A stretch of DNA of 64,000 nucleotides from Gemmatimonadales bacterium (GCA_965249575.1 OZ252244.1:3456001-3520000); one strand, 5' to 3'; shown: positions 40,454-50,398, counted from the stretch's first letter. The notes: generated by a model not told the origin, from the sequence alone. Numbers and translations: made by a program.

Positions 40454-41674
40454 GTGTCTCCCCGCATACTCTCGTTGGCAGAGGCCCGCCGCATCGCACT
40501 GGCGGCTCAGGGGTTTTCGAAGCCGCGGCCCCGCGGGCGCGTAGACCTCCGCCACGTTCGCCGCACGATCCAGCGGCTCGGTCTCATCCAGATCGACTAT
40601 GTCAACGTCCTCACGCCCGCGCACTATCAGGTGCCGTTTTCCCGCCTGGGTGCCTACAGCAAACCGTTGTTGGACGACTTGGTGTATCGGAAGAGGGAGT
40701 TCACCGAGCACTGGGCACACGAGGCGTCTATCGTACCCGTCGAGATCTGGCCATTGCTCCGGTACAGGATGGAGCGGCATCGCGTTCGGCCCTGGGGCTT
40801 CGAGAAGTTTCTGGACAAGTATCCAGACTACGTGAGCTGGGTGCTGGAACAAATCCGCGAGCGGGGTCCGCTGGCAGCCGGTGACCTCCCGGAGTTGGAC
40901 ACCATTCCGCGTCGTATGTTGGACCGGTGGGGTTGGGGGATGGCGGTGAAGAAGTCGGTCCTCGAAGCACATTTCGGCTCCGGCCGGCTGGCGGCGGCAG
41001 GGCGACTGCCGAACCTCGCGCGAGTGTACGATCTCGCAGAGCGAGTGGTGCCACGCGACCACTGCCAACGCGAGGTTACTCCGGCGGACGCTCAGCGGGC
41101 CCTACTCCACCGGGCCGCCGGCGCCATAGGAGTCGGCACGGTTCCGGACCTTGCGGACTACTACCGGATGCCGGTTCGAGAAGCTCGGCCTCGCGTTCTC
41201 GAGCTGGTGGAGGCGCGAAAGCTCACCGAGGTTCGAGTTGAGGGCTGGCGCGAGGAGGCCTATCTGTATCCGGCAGCCCGACAGCCGGCCCGCATCGAGT
41301 TCGCGGCCCTGCTATCTCCGTTCGATCCACTGGTTTGGTACCGCCCCCGAGTCAAGCGGCTCTTCGGATTCGATTACCGCATCGAGATCTTCGTCCCGAA
41401 GGAGAAGCGCAAATGGGGATACTATGTGCTGCCGTTCCTACTGAACGAGCGGCTCGCCGCACGCGTCGATCTCAAGGCGGACCGAATCCAACGTCGACTC
41501 CGGGTACTCGCGGCACACCGTGAGCAGGATGTGAGGCCCTCCGAAGTGGCGGATGCGCTTGCAGCCGAGCTGCGGGAGATGGCCACGTGGCTCGACCTGG
41601 ACTCGGTCTCTGTAGGACGACCCGGCAACTTGGCCCGTGCGCTTGCTCGTGCGGTGGGGTCGTCTGTCCGATGA
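40454..41674 (+). CDS. YcaQ/AlkZ-family winged-helix DNA glycosylase
   Basis: QIDYVN, EHWAHEAS, LLSPFDPL, YRIEIFVP..KRKWGYYVLPFL. Confidence 0.9.
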   Translation: MSPRILSLAEARRIALAAQGFSKPRPRGRVDLRHVRRTIQRLGLIQIDYVNVLTPAHYQVPFSRLGAYSKPLLDDLVYRKREFTEHWAHEASIVPVEIWPLLRYRMERHRVRPWGFEKFLDKYPDYVSWVLEQIRERGPLAAGDLPELDTIPRRMLDRWGWGMAVKKSVLEAHFGSGRLAAAGRLPNLARVYDLAERVVPRDHCQREVTPADAQRALLHRAAGAIGVGTVPDLADYYRMPVREARPRVLELVEARKLTEVRVEGWREEAYLYPAARQPARIEFAALLSPFDPLVWYRPRVKRLFGFDYRIEIFVPKEKRKWGYYVLPFLLNERLAARVDLKADRIQRRLRVLAAHREQDVRPSEVADALAAELREMATWLDLDSVSVGRPGNLARALARAVGSSVR

Positions 41675-41686
41675 TTGCCGACCGGG

Positions 41687-41712
41687 CCGGGGCCCACGCC
41701 GTCGGGCCCCGG
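41687..41712. terminator. Hairpin between convergent genes
   Basis: CCGGGGCCC-N8-GGGCCCCGG. Confidence 0.4.
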
Positions 41713-41732
41713 GGGTGCAAGAGAGAAAAGGC

Positions 41733-42173
41733 CTAGCCGAACATCGCCTCGAGCCGGTTCAAGCAGCTGGTCCAGCCCTGTTCGTGCCCGCTCTTGGCGT
41801 CGGCGCTCGGGAATTGCTCGTGGGTGATCACGACCTCCGTTGAGCCACCGAGGTCGTTGAATTCTACCGTTACCAACGTCTCTCCCACGTCGTGTTCCTC
41901 TTCCTCCCATCGCCACGTATAGGAGAGCCGGCGCGGCGGATCGATTTCGCGGTACACGCCGACGGCGTGGTACTCCACTCCTTCGGCCGATTTCATGTGA
42001 ATGAGGTAACGGCCGCCCACCGTCAGATCCACTTCCGCCGTCTGGACATTGACGCTCTCCGGTGCCGACCATTGCTTCAGTTGCTCCGGCTCGGTCCATG
42101 CACGGAACACTGTGTCGGGGTTCGCTTTTATAACGCGGGCAACCTTTAGTGAAGTGCTGGTGCTCGTGCTCAT
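41733..42173 (-). CDS. SRPBCC/AHSA1 domain protein
   Basis: VFRAWTEPEQLKQW, DLTVGGRY, PPRRLSYTW and HEQGW. Confidence 0.9.
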   Translation of the reverse strand: MSTSTSTSLKVARVIKANPDTVFRAWTEPEQLKQWSAPESVNVQTAEVDLTVGGRYLIHMKSAEGVEYHAVGVYREIDPPRRLSYTWRWEEEEHDVGETLVTVEFNDLGGSTEVVITHEQFPSADAKSGHEQGWTSCLNRLEAMFG

Positions 42174-42520
42174 CGATCTCGTGCCTCCTTAACGGGTTTG
42201 TCTTCCGCGAGATAGTGAGAGAGGGCGTCCAGCTGCCCCTCCCAGAATTTCCGGTACCGCTCGACCCAGTCGGCTGCCTCACGCATCGGCTCGGCGTCCA
42301 GCCCGCACCTGCTCACACGACCGTCTCGGTCGCGACGCACGAGGCCCGCCCGCTCGAGAACACGCAGGTGCTTTGAGATCGCTGGTCGAGAGACGTTGAA
42401 CGGGCGGGCAAGATCTCCCACGGTCGCGTTTCCGCGCGCCAACCGGGCCAGGATGGCGCGTCGTATGGGGTCCGCCAGTGCGCCGAAGGTGCGGTTGAGC
42501 GCCGGCTTATTGGTAACCAT
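42170..42520 (-). CDS. ArsR/SmtB family transcriptional regulator
   Basis: FGALADPIRRAIL, SRPAISKHLRVLERAGLV. Confidence 0.92.
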   Translation of the reverse strand: MVTNKPALNRTFGALADPIRRAILARLARGNATVGDLARPFNVSRPAISKHLRVLERAGLVRRDRDGRVSRCGLDAEPMREAADWVERYRKFWEGQLDALSHYLAEDKPVKEARDR

Positions 42521-42557
42521 ATGGTTACCAATAAGCACAAGGAACTCTGCTTGTCAA
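42505..42557 (-). promoter_or_regulatory. Promoter and perfect 32-bp palindromic operator centred on the ArsR start codon
   Basis: GCTTATTGGTAACCATATGGTTACCAATAAGC (42505-42536); TTGACA on the minus strand at 42557-42552; no RBS. Confidence 0.85.
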
Positions 42558-42666
42558 GCCTGGCTCCGTCTGGAAGCCCGGGGGCCGGTCTTCCCGACTA
42601 GCCGGTGAGCCGCCCGAGTGATACCCTGATGGCGCGCGGCCGGTGTGCTCCAGCGGGGGAGGGACC

Positions 42667-43086
42667 GTGTCGGGATGCGGCAACATCGATATCGTGCGGC
42701 AGTTGTATGGGGCGTTTGAGCGCGGCGATGTGGACGTGGTCCTGAGTCTCCTCCACGACGACATTACCTGGGATTTCCCGGGACCGCGCGAGATTCCCTA
42801 CACGGGGACGTATCAGGGCCGCGAGCGGGTGAGGGAATTCTTCGAAGAAATCGGTGCAAGTGTCAGCGCGGAGGCGTTCACCGTCGAGCGTTGCGTCGCG
42901 GATGGAGACGTCGTCGTCGCCGTCGGGCACGAGCGTATGCGCCTCAAGGCGACCGGCCGGACGTTTGAAATGCAGTGGGCGGATGTGTTCGACCTGCGTG
43001 AAGGCAAGATCGTGCGCTTCAGGGAATACACGGATACCGGCGCGATACTGAAAGCCTATCTGGATATCGGGGAGGAGCGACCATGA
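42667..43086 (+). CDS. SnoaL/NTF2-like protein
   Basis: YGAFERGD, GTYQGRE and GKIVRFREYTDT; GGAGG RBS before GTG 42667. Confidence 0.85.
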   Translation: MSGCGNIDIVRQLYGAFERGDVDVVLSLLHDDITWDFPGPREIPYTGTYQGRERVREFFEEIGASVSAEAFTVERCVADGDVVVAVGHERMRLKATGRTFEMQWADVFDLREGKIVRFREYTDTGAILKAYLDIGEERP

Positions 43087-44861
43087 GATCTGCAATCCCC
43101 CGCTTTGTTTCCGGGCACGTGGGGATAGGTGCGGCGGTTGCCGCCCTGGTCCTGAGTCAACCAGCCTGCCGGTCCGATAGCGACGGTGCGGTCAGCCGCT
43201 CGCGCGATTTCTCGAATCGCGTGGATTCGCTCTTCGCACCTTACGACACTACGGACAGTCCGGGCGGTGTCGTCGCGGTCCTGTTTCGAGGCGAGCTGGT
43301 GCACCTCAGGGGATATGGTGCGGCGAACCGCGAGTTCGGTATTCCGTGGGCGTCCGATACCCGCTACCGCATCGCGTCCATCACGAAGGGCTTCGTGGGA
43401 CACGCCGCTCTGCTGCTCGAAGAGCAGGGTCTGCTCAGCCTCGAAGATACGGTGCAGCAGTACTTACCCGATTTCCCCTCCTTCAGATCGCCGCTGCGGA
43501 TTCGTCATCTCCTCACGATGACTTCGGGGCTCTGGCAGGACGAGATTCTGCTTGCGCTGGCTGGTGTTACCGGGCGCGCGACCCTGAACGACATGTACGC
43601 GCTCTCCCGTCGCCAGGACGGACTGAACTTCGCGCCGGGGACCAGCTACATCTATGTCGATACGGGCTTCCGTCTCATGGCCCGTATCATCGAGGTCGTG
43701 ACCGGAAAATCCTGGCCCAACGCGATGGCGGATTTGATCTTCGAGCCGCTCGGGATGGCTTCGACCCTAGCGGCACCCGACATCGCGCAGGTGTTCGACG
43801 GACAGGGGACGACGTACGTCCGGGGGCCGGACCCTGCCGTTCCACTCCGCTTCGAGTTTCCCTTCGATACGTCGGGTGACGGATCGATCATCACGACGCT
43901 CGACGATCTCATTTTATGGCTCCAGCATCTGAAGACTGGCTTCGAGGGTGGAGAGTCGTTATTCGACCGCCTGAAGGAACCCGCGACTCTCGCCGGGATG
44001 GGTGAGATGTCCGGATACGGCTTGGGCATTAGGGGGAATCATCATCGGGGGTTACAGACGTGGGGGCACGGTGGGGCCACCGGGACCCGATGGACTTTCT
44101 ACCCGGCGCTCGACTTGTTGCTGGTCTTTTTCACCAACTACCTGGGGGAGATCTCGACGACCGAATTGGTCCGAGATATCTCCGATGCTTTCCTCGAGTC
44201 GGATCTCAATCCCGATTCGTCGATACTCTCCGCGGACAATCCAGAAAGGGAAAAGCGATTCCTCGAGGCAGCAACGCTCCCGCCGGAGGACGCAGCGATA
44301 CTGTCGGATGTCTTCGTGGAATCGAACATCGGGTACGTGCTCGCGTCTGAGCCTGGGGGCGGCCACTCGTTCAACGGGGCGGCCACCTTCCTCGAGAAGA
44401 TAGGCGAATGCGAATACCGGTCCGCGTCGTTCGTGCATTGGGTACCAATTCACGTCCGGGCGCCGGATTGCGATTCCCGGGCGGAGCCCAACCTCTTGAT
44501 CGACTACGGTGATTGGCGGCGGGCACGGCGTTTCGTCCGGGCCTCGCCGAGAGATGTAGGAACGCGCCGGGCGCGCGACTATGTCGGCCACTACTACTCT
44601 AGCCAGTTGGGAGCGCAGTGGAGTATCGAGCGGAACGGGAGCACACTTAAGCTTCGCATTGGCGCGGGCGTTGAGGAGGGGCAGAGGTTCGTACTGGAGG
44701 GTCTCGCGTGGGACGTGTTCAAGGCGATCCGCGGGCCGAGCTTGGATTACCTCGCCATCCCGCCGATGTCGCTACGATTCGTTCGGGATCGGGCGGGACG
44801 CGTCTTCCGTATGCAGGTCTCGACCGCGCGGGTGCATGGGTTGGTGTTCGAGAAGCAGTGA
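43083..44861 (+). CDS. Serine hydrolase (beta-lactamase/D-aminopeptidase-like), probable lipoprotein
   Basis: IASITK (SxxK), LLTMTSG, YVD at the YxN position, GHGG; extra C-terminal domains. Confidence 0.88.
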   Translation: MRSAIPRFVSGHVGIGAAVAALVLSQPACRSDSDGAVSRSRDFSNRVDSLFAPYDTTDSPGGVVAVLFRGELVHLRGYGAANREFGIPWASDTRYRIASITKGFVGHAALLLEEQGLLSLEDTVQQYLPDFPSFRSPLRIRHLLTMTSGLWQDEILLALAGVTGRATLNDMYALSRRQDGLNFAPGTSYIYVDTGFRLMARIIEVVTGKSWPNAMADLIFEPLGMASTLAAPDIAQVFDGQGTTYVRGPDPAVPLRFEFPFDTSGDGSIITTLDDLILWLQHLKTGFEGGESLFDRLKEPATLAGMGEMSGYGLGIRGNHHRGLQTWGHGGATGTRWTFYPALDLLLVFFTNYLGEISTTELVRDISDAFLESDLNPDSSILSADNPEREKRFLEAATLPPEDAAILSDVFVESNIGYVLASEPGGGHSFNGAATFLEKIGECEYRSASFVHWVPIHVRAPDCDSRAEPNLLIDYGDWRRARRFVRASPRDVGTRRARDYVGHYYSSQLGAQWSIERNGSTLKLRIGAGVEEGQRFVLEGLAWDVFKAIRGPSLDYLAIPPMSLRFVRDRAGRVFRMQVSTARVHGLVFEKQ

Positions 44862-45105
44862 GCGGTGAGTGGTGAGTGGTAGTGCGGCGATCTTGTGCGG
44901 AGGCTTCGAGCCTGCCCGCGGGGCGCTAGGCTCGTCCTTCGATCCTACGGCGTCGAGTACCTGACCCGATCGCCCAGCCCTGGAAGAGCAGGAAACCCAC
45001 GCACAACGGAGTACCGGTGGCCCCGTATTAAATCTTCTGATCACCACTATCGACTCACCTCACGCCTCCTCGCAATTCCCGGCCGATCCAGTAATTTAGA
45101 CTACG

Positions 45106-45180
45106 ATGGCCGACCAACTCGAACGCCTCAAGGCCGCCCTCGCCGACAGGTGATGAGCCGGCTAGCGAGGGCGGAGATGC
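45106..45180 (+). pseudogene. N-terminal remnant of a Ser/Thr protein kinase gene
   Basis: ATG..MADQLERLKAALADR-stop, then GAGGGCGGAGATG resembling the eroded GxGGM glycine loop. Confidence 0.55.
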
Positions 45181-45279
45181 TCTCGTCGGGCTCGACGTCT
45201 CCGTAGCTGCTCGGAAGCCGAATGTTTGTTGGTGTAGCGAGTCGCCATCATGGGCTCCGACCGATGCCGGTTCTACGCA

Positions 45280-45567
45280 ATGACCAACGATAGACCGAAG
45301 CTGGGCCCGTGGCTCAGGAGCTACGAGAAGCGTCAGCGCACCGGTTGGCGTGAGTGGGGCCAGCGCATTCTCATCGGCTTCATCGCTGTGGTCGTATTCG
45401 CCGCCGCACTGTTCGGCGTGCTGTGGTTCTTCCTCCGATATCCGTTACAGACCTTTGGTGCGCTCCTCGCCATTTGGCTCGTGGGGTTCGTGATCTCGCT
45501 GATACTGCGCGCCCGGGCGCGGGCCCGCCGCGCACGTGGCGAGGCCCCGGCGTTTTGGAAACGGTGA
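45280..45567 (+). CDS. Small two-TM hypothetical protein
   Basis: Two hydrophobic helices with basic flanks. Confidence 0.6.
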   Translation: MTNDRPKLGPWLRSYEKRQRTGWREWGQRILIGFIAVVVFAAALFGVLWFFLRYPLQTFGALLAIWLVGFVISLILRARARARRARGEAPAFWKR

Positions 45568-45641
45568 GGGGATCTCACCGGAGTGGCTCTCGGGGTCAGG
45601 GAGCGAGACCCCAGTCTTTAGCTAGCTGAAGTACTCGGCCC

Positions 45642-46236
45642 ACGGACACCGCACGCTACATCATCGCGCTTCTGGTGGTCGTGACCTACCCACCGGCGAT
45701 TCTCTTCTGGATTGCTGTCCATCCGTTCATCGGTTTCTGGCGACGGCTGGGCCCCGTGAAGACCTATGCGACCCTGCTTCCGTCACTGGTGGCATGCGGG
45801 TTCGCCATTGCGTCGGGTCGTGAATGGATCCTCACCGTGGAATTCGGCACCGATTACTATCTGTGGCCGGGGTGGCCGTGTTCTACGGGACGGCATTGTG
45901 GATCGAGGTGGGGTGCCGGAGGCAGCTGCGACTGAAGACGCCGTTGGTATACCGGAGGTCGCTCCTCAGCGAGAGGACGGCAAGTTGCTCACCGAGGGCG
46001 TCTACGGTCGGATGCGGCACCCACGGTACGCCGGCGCAGTGCTCGGGTTGATCGCGTACGCACTGTTCGTGAACTACCTGGCGCTCTATCTCTTGGTACC
46101 GTTGCTGAGCGCCGGTGTCTACGTCATTTCGGTGCTCGAGGAGCGGGAGCTACGAGATCGATTCGGCAAAGCCTACGTCGAGTACGCTCGAAGTGTTCCG
46201 CGGTTCATTCCTCGGGTCGGTGGCCGGTGCGCATGA
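45642..46236 (+). pseudogene. Isoprenylcysteine carboxylmethyltransferase-family membrane protein, disrupted
   Basis: LLTEGVYGRMRHPRY and EERELRDRFGKAYVEY..VPRF; ACG at the expected start (x-DTARY); frameshifts at about 45870 and 45940. Confidence 0.7.
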
Positions 46237-46316
46237 GCAGTTCGGCCCGGTGAGCCACGCGATCGGGGCACCGTCGCGGCTGGCAGCGACTAAAGGCCGT
46301 AGTGACCATCGAGGGG

Positions 46317-47454
46317 TCAGCCGGCGAGTAGCCGCCGAGCCGTCTCCGCCACCGCGAATCCCACGTAGTTGCCGAGCGCGTATCCGAGGAGCCCGACCGC
46401 GATCCCGGGCAGCATTCTGTCGGAGTACCCCTTGGCGCTCGCGACCGCCATGGCCGCCGCGGGACCTCCAACACCCGCCTGTGACGCCACCACGAGCGTC
46501 GGAACATCCAATCGCAGGATCCGTCCGAGTCCAAAGAGCACCACTCCGTGGATGCCGACCGTGATCGCGGCGAGGTAGAAGACCGCGGGCCCGACGACGA
46601 AGATGTTCGCGATCACCGAGCTGGCACCGATGCTGGTGAGGAAAGAAGCACCAGATAGTTGCCCCACATCGGCGCACCTACCAGAGACCGGACTTGCGGT
46701 ACCTGTGCGAGTGCGAGTACCAGGGTCGTAACCCACAGGATGGACGGTACCGGCAGCACGTTCGTTGACAGCCACTCCGACAACCATACGACGCCCGTAG
46801 CGATCGCCACGAGCGCCGCGGCGTGGGCAAGGGGCATCGAGCGCCCCGTGCCCTGGAGCGCGTGCTCGAGTGTATCACCCTCCACGACTGGCTCCGCCGG
46901 CTGCGGACGGTCTGGTGCCTGCCCTCCGGCTGAAAACAGCAGCGGCATGGACAGACAGGCGGCCATCCACGTCGCCGTCACGATGACATCCGCGGCGTTG
47001 GCCGCGGTGAAGAGGTCGCTGCTGGTTCCGAAGGCCTGACCGAGCGCGGCGAAGCTGCCTCCGATGTACGTCCCCGTGAACTGACCCACCAGACGCCACG
47101 TTTCGGCGCCGATCAGTGGAGCGAACAGAATCCCACCGGTCAACGCGCCCGCTGCCGTGCCAACGGCTCCGAGCCCAAACGCGAGCGACATGCTCGGACC
47201 GGCTTTGACAATGCTCCGCACGTCGACCCCGAGGAGAATCAGGGCGACGCCGAGGCTCACCCCTCGGCCCATCATCACGTCGTAGGCCGGTGAGGTCCCT
47301 GGCAGTATCCCCAGGTCTACAGGACCAGCGACAACAGGATGGCGACCATGGCGGCCCCGAGCGAACGGAAGACGCGCCAGGTCCTCTCGAGCCGAATGGA
47401 AATGAAAACGACGGCGGCGAGCGCAAAGAAAACAGCAACGGGATCGGCAATCAT
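46317..47454 (-). pseudogene. DUF819-family membrane protein, disrupted
   Basis: TGTYIGG, ASQAGVGGPAAA and GLLGYALGNY; frame switches at about 47320 and 46645. Confidence 0.75.
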
Positions 47455-47621
47455 CGCCCGGTAGACTATCCGCTGCGAGTGAGGGGCACAACGGTCCGAA
47501 TTCCGCACTCGCGTCTTAGGGCGCCCGTCCGCATCTTTCGATCCGAGCTCGCGCGCTCGCGGTTTCTTAGAGTCTCCAGCGCGGTTAGCGCACACATGTA
47601 CCGGGGTGGGGTGTATCGGTC

Positions 47622-49031
47622 GTGACGGTCACCAGCGTTTCAAATGGGAGTGCGCGCCTCCAGTTTTACGGCGGGCTCGGGGCGGCGGTGACACCGCTCG
47701 TTCTCTTCACCTTGGGCGTGGTCTACGTGACCATGGCGGGCATGATCACGATGCGGGCGTACTTCGCCCCGTTGGTGATCGTCGTGGCGCTCGTCATCGT
47801 GCTGGCCAAGGACAAGAAGGCTGCGTGCGAGGCGATGCTCACGGGCGTCGCAGACCGAACGCTGGCCGTGATGATCTTCGCGTTTCTCGGCGCGGGGGTT
47901 CTGGGACAAATTCTCGTGGCGTCGGGCGTGATCAAGGCGGTGGTATGGCTCGGCTACATCGCCGGCGTTGAGGGAACGCTCTTCGTGCTGCTCGCATTTG
48001 CCGTGGCCTCAATCGTGTCCACGGCAACCGGGACGTCCACGGGGACGTGCGTGACCTGCGTGCCCATCCTGTATCCGGCAGGCGTCGTGCTTGGTGCTCA
48101 CCCCGCGCTGTTGCTCGGCGCGATCTATAGCGGCGCCCGCTTCGGTGACAATCTCGCGCCCATTTCCGACACGACCGTGGCCTCGGCGTATACGCAGGGG
48201 GCACAAGTGGGTGAGGTCGTGAGGACGCGCCTCAAGTACGCCCTGGCTGCCGCCGGTGCGTCGGTTCTTCTCTACAGTGTTTTGGGTCCGTTGTTGGGTC
48301 GGGGGGAGTTCGTCGTGGGAGGGGGCCTCTCGATGGCCGCCGAGGAGTATGCCCAGCCCCGGGCCTTGGCCATGCTCCTGGCCCCCGCGTTGACGATTTA
48401 CCTTTGCGTGAAAGGTCGCTCGCTCATCCACGCGATCTGGTACGGCATCTTGAGCGGGATGCTGATCGGCTTGGTGACCGGAAGTCTGACCGTGAGCGAA
48501 CTCTATCACCTCGATGCACCCCGCGGCGTGGGTGGTGCCATTACTGACGGAATCACCAGCATGCGCGACGTCATCTTCCTCGCCATTTTCATCATGGGTA
48601 TCCTGGGCGCGCTACGAGAAGCGGGAGCACTCGAGGTCCTTGTCACCCGGCTCATGCGGTTCGCGACAACCGTCAAGCGGGCGGAGCTAGCGATATTCTC
48701 GCTGGTCGCGGCCATGTGTCCCCTCACTGCCTCGAACACACCCGCGATGCTTTTTTGCGGTCCCGTAGTAAAGGACATCGGCGAGCGATTCGGCATTCAC
48801 CGCACGCGGCGGGCGAACCTCATGGACCTCTCCGGGAACGGGATCACGGAGAATCTGCCCCATATCAATACGATCCTGGCACTTGCGGGGGTCATGATCG
48901 CGTCGCACGATGCCACTGGTGCCCCTTTGGTTCCCATCACGACAGTGGGTCTGCTGGCGTTCCATCCCATGATGCTCACCGGGGTCGGCCTCTTTACCAT
49001 CGCCACTGGGTGGGGGGCGCGACAGGGTTGA
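47622..49031 (+). CDS. NhaC-family (IT superfamily) transporter
   Basis: STATGTSTGT and SGARFGDNLAPISDTTVASA; about 12 TM helices. Confidence 0.87.
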   Translation: MTVTSVSNGSARLQFYGGLGAAVTPLVLFTLGVVYVTMAGMITMRAYFAPLVIVVALVIVLAKDKKAACEAMLTGVADRTLAVMIFAFLGAGVLGQILVASGVIKAVVWLGYIAGVEGTLFVLLAFAVASIVSTATGTSTGTCVTCVPILYPAGVVLGAHPALLLGAIYSGARFGDNLAPISDTTVASAYTQGAQVGEVVRTRLKYALAAAGASVLLYSVLGPLLGRGEFVVGGGLSMAAEEYAQPRALAMLLAPALTIYLCVKGRSLIHAIWYGILSGMLIGLVTGSLTVSELYHLDAPRGVGGAITDGITSMRDVIFLAIFIMGILGALREAGALEVLVTRLMRFATTVKRAELAIFSLVAAMCPLTASNTPAMLFCGPVVKDIGERFGIHRTRRANLMDLSGNGITENLPHINTILALAGVMIASHDATGAPLVPITTVGLLAFHPMMLTGVGLFTIATGWGARQG

Positions 49032-50329
49032 GCGCGGAGACGGATCGATTCGGCAATCCCATCGATCACACGGTCGGGTACGCCAGAGGGCGCATCCTCG
49101 CGGGATCGCACGACGAGATGCTCCGCGATGCTCACGCGCAGGCATTGATACGTGACCGAGCGAATCGCCGGGGTCCGGAAAGCGTCTACGTATTCACGGG
49201 AAGCCGGTGTGAGTTCCCCGTGCTGCCTGAGGACCTGGCGGTTCGCGTTGAGGAGTGTGTCGGGCCTGCGTTGTTCGAGGCCGACCTTCGCCGGCTGGCA
49301 ATCGAGCATTTGGGGGGACGGGGCGACGACGAGGTAGCGGTCTTCAATCGGACGTCAGCCGGGATCATCGCCGCGGAGTCGGCGCTGGCTTCCGAGGGAG
49401 AAACCATCGTTTCGTTCGTGCCGGGCGCGACGTCCCATCCATCCGTAAAGCGCGGGGCGGTGGTCGCCCGAGCCCGCTTGCGGGAAGTGTCCTCACTCGA
49501 CGACCTCGAGACCGCGCTGTCAGCGGGGGCCGTCCCGCTCGTGATCGTCACTGGGGTCACGAGTGAACTCCAAGTAATGCCGGAAGACGTTTTTAGGCGG
49601 GCCATCCAGCTCGGCAAGGCGGCGGGCTCCGTCGTTCTCGTGGACGATGCCTACGGCGCGAGAGTGCGAACCGTTCTCCACCGGCAAACGCCTGCCCTAC
49701 AGCTCGAAGCTGACATGGCGATTACCAGCAATCACAAGGCCGGGCTCGATGGGCCCAGGGCCGGGCTTCTCGCGGGGCGGCAGACTCCCGTGCGGGCAGT
49801 GCTCACAAGGGCCTTGGAGCTTGGTCAAGAGGCTCGCGCCCCGCTCGCGCTCGGTGTGCTCCGCTCCCTCGAGCGCTATCGTCCCGAGCACCTCTTGAGC
49901 GAGGTCGCGGTCGGTAAACTGCTGCACGCCGCGCTGGTCGCCCGGTTCGGTGAGGGGCGGGTGGCCGAAACGGCCATCGGACCGATCATGGAGGCGGACG
50001 ATGTGATGGCCATCGCCGCCGACGTAGCCGGAGTGGACGCGTCGACCCTGCCCGTGGTTCCCGCCGAGGCCACTGCGGGTCTGGGCATACTTTTGCTCGA
50101 GCATCACGGAATCCTCACCGTCAACGCACTGGGAGCACCCGGTGCTCGCGTTTCTCTGCGCCTGAAGGCGACGGAAGACGAGGTGGGGCGTGCGGGGGGA
50201 GCGGATGCAGTCGGACAGTCGATTCGGGATTCTATCGAGCGGTTGGCCACCGCGATCCAAAGCGAGAAGGACATGCGCAGCCTGATCCTGGGTGAGGGGG
50301 CTGCCACGGAAGCGACGCCCGGCCGATAA
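49028..50329 (+). CDS. PLP-dependent enzyme, MJ0158/SelA-like
   Basis: TTG start overlaps the upstream TGA; FNRTSA, SHPSVKRG, VDDAYGAR and TSNHKAGLDGPRAG (PLP lysine). Confidence 0.78.
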   Translation: MSAETDRFGNPIDHTVGYARGRILAGSHDEMLRDAHAQALIRDRANRRGPESVYVFTGSRCEFPVLPEDLAVRVEECVGPALFEADLRRLAIEHLGGRGDDEVAVFNRTSAGIIAAESALASEGETIVSFVPGATSHPSVKRGAVVARARLREVSSLDDLETALSAGAVPLVIVTGVTSELQVMPEDVFRRAIQLGKAAGSVVLVDDAYGARVRTVLHRQTPALQLEADMAITSNHKAGLDGPRAGLLAGRQTPVRAVLTRALELGQEARAPLALGVLRSLERYRPEHLLSEVAVGKLLHAALVARFGEGRVAETAIGPIMEADDVMAIAADVAGVDASTLPVVPAEATAGLGILLLEHHGILTVNALGAPGARVSLRLKATEDEVGRAGGADAVGQSIRDSIERLATAIQSEKDMRSLILGEGAATEATPGR

Positions 50330-50382
50330 GTATACGGGTACGGAGGAGGCGGCTGCGGCCCGTTCCTGGGGGGTGTGGAGCA

Positions 50383-50398
50383 CGTGAGCGGGATCACC
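50383..50398. promoter_or_regulatory. CRP-family operator candidate
   Basis: CGTGA-GCGGGA-TCACC (8/10), about 160 bp upstream of the repeat lipoprotein. Confidence 0.35.

Noticed and set aside
49028..50329. Selenocysteine synthase selA
   Set aside because: Motifs fit the MJ0158-like group better and no other sel genes are present.
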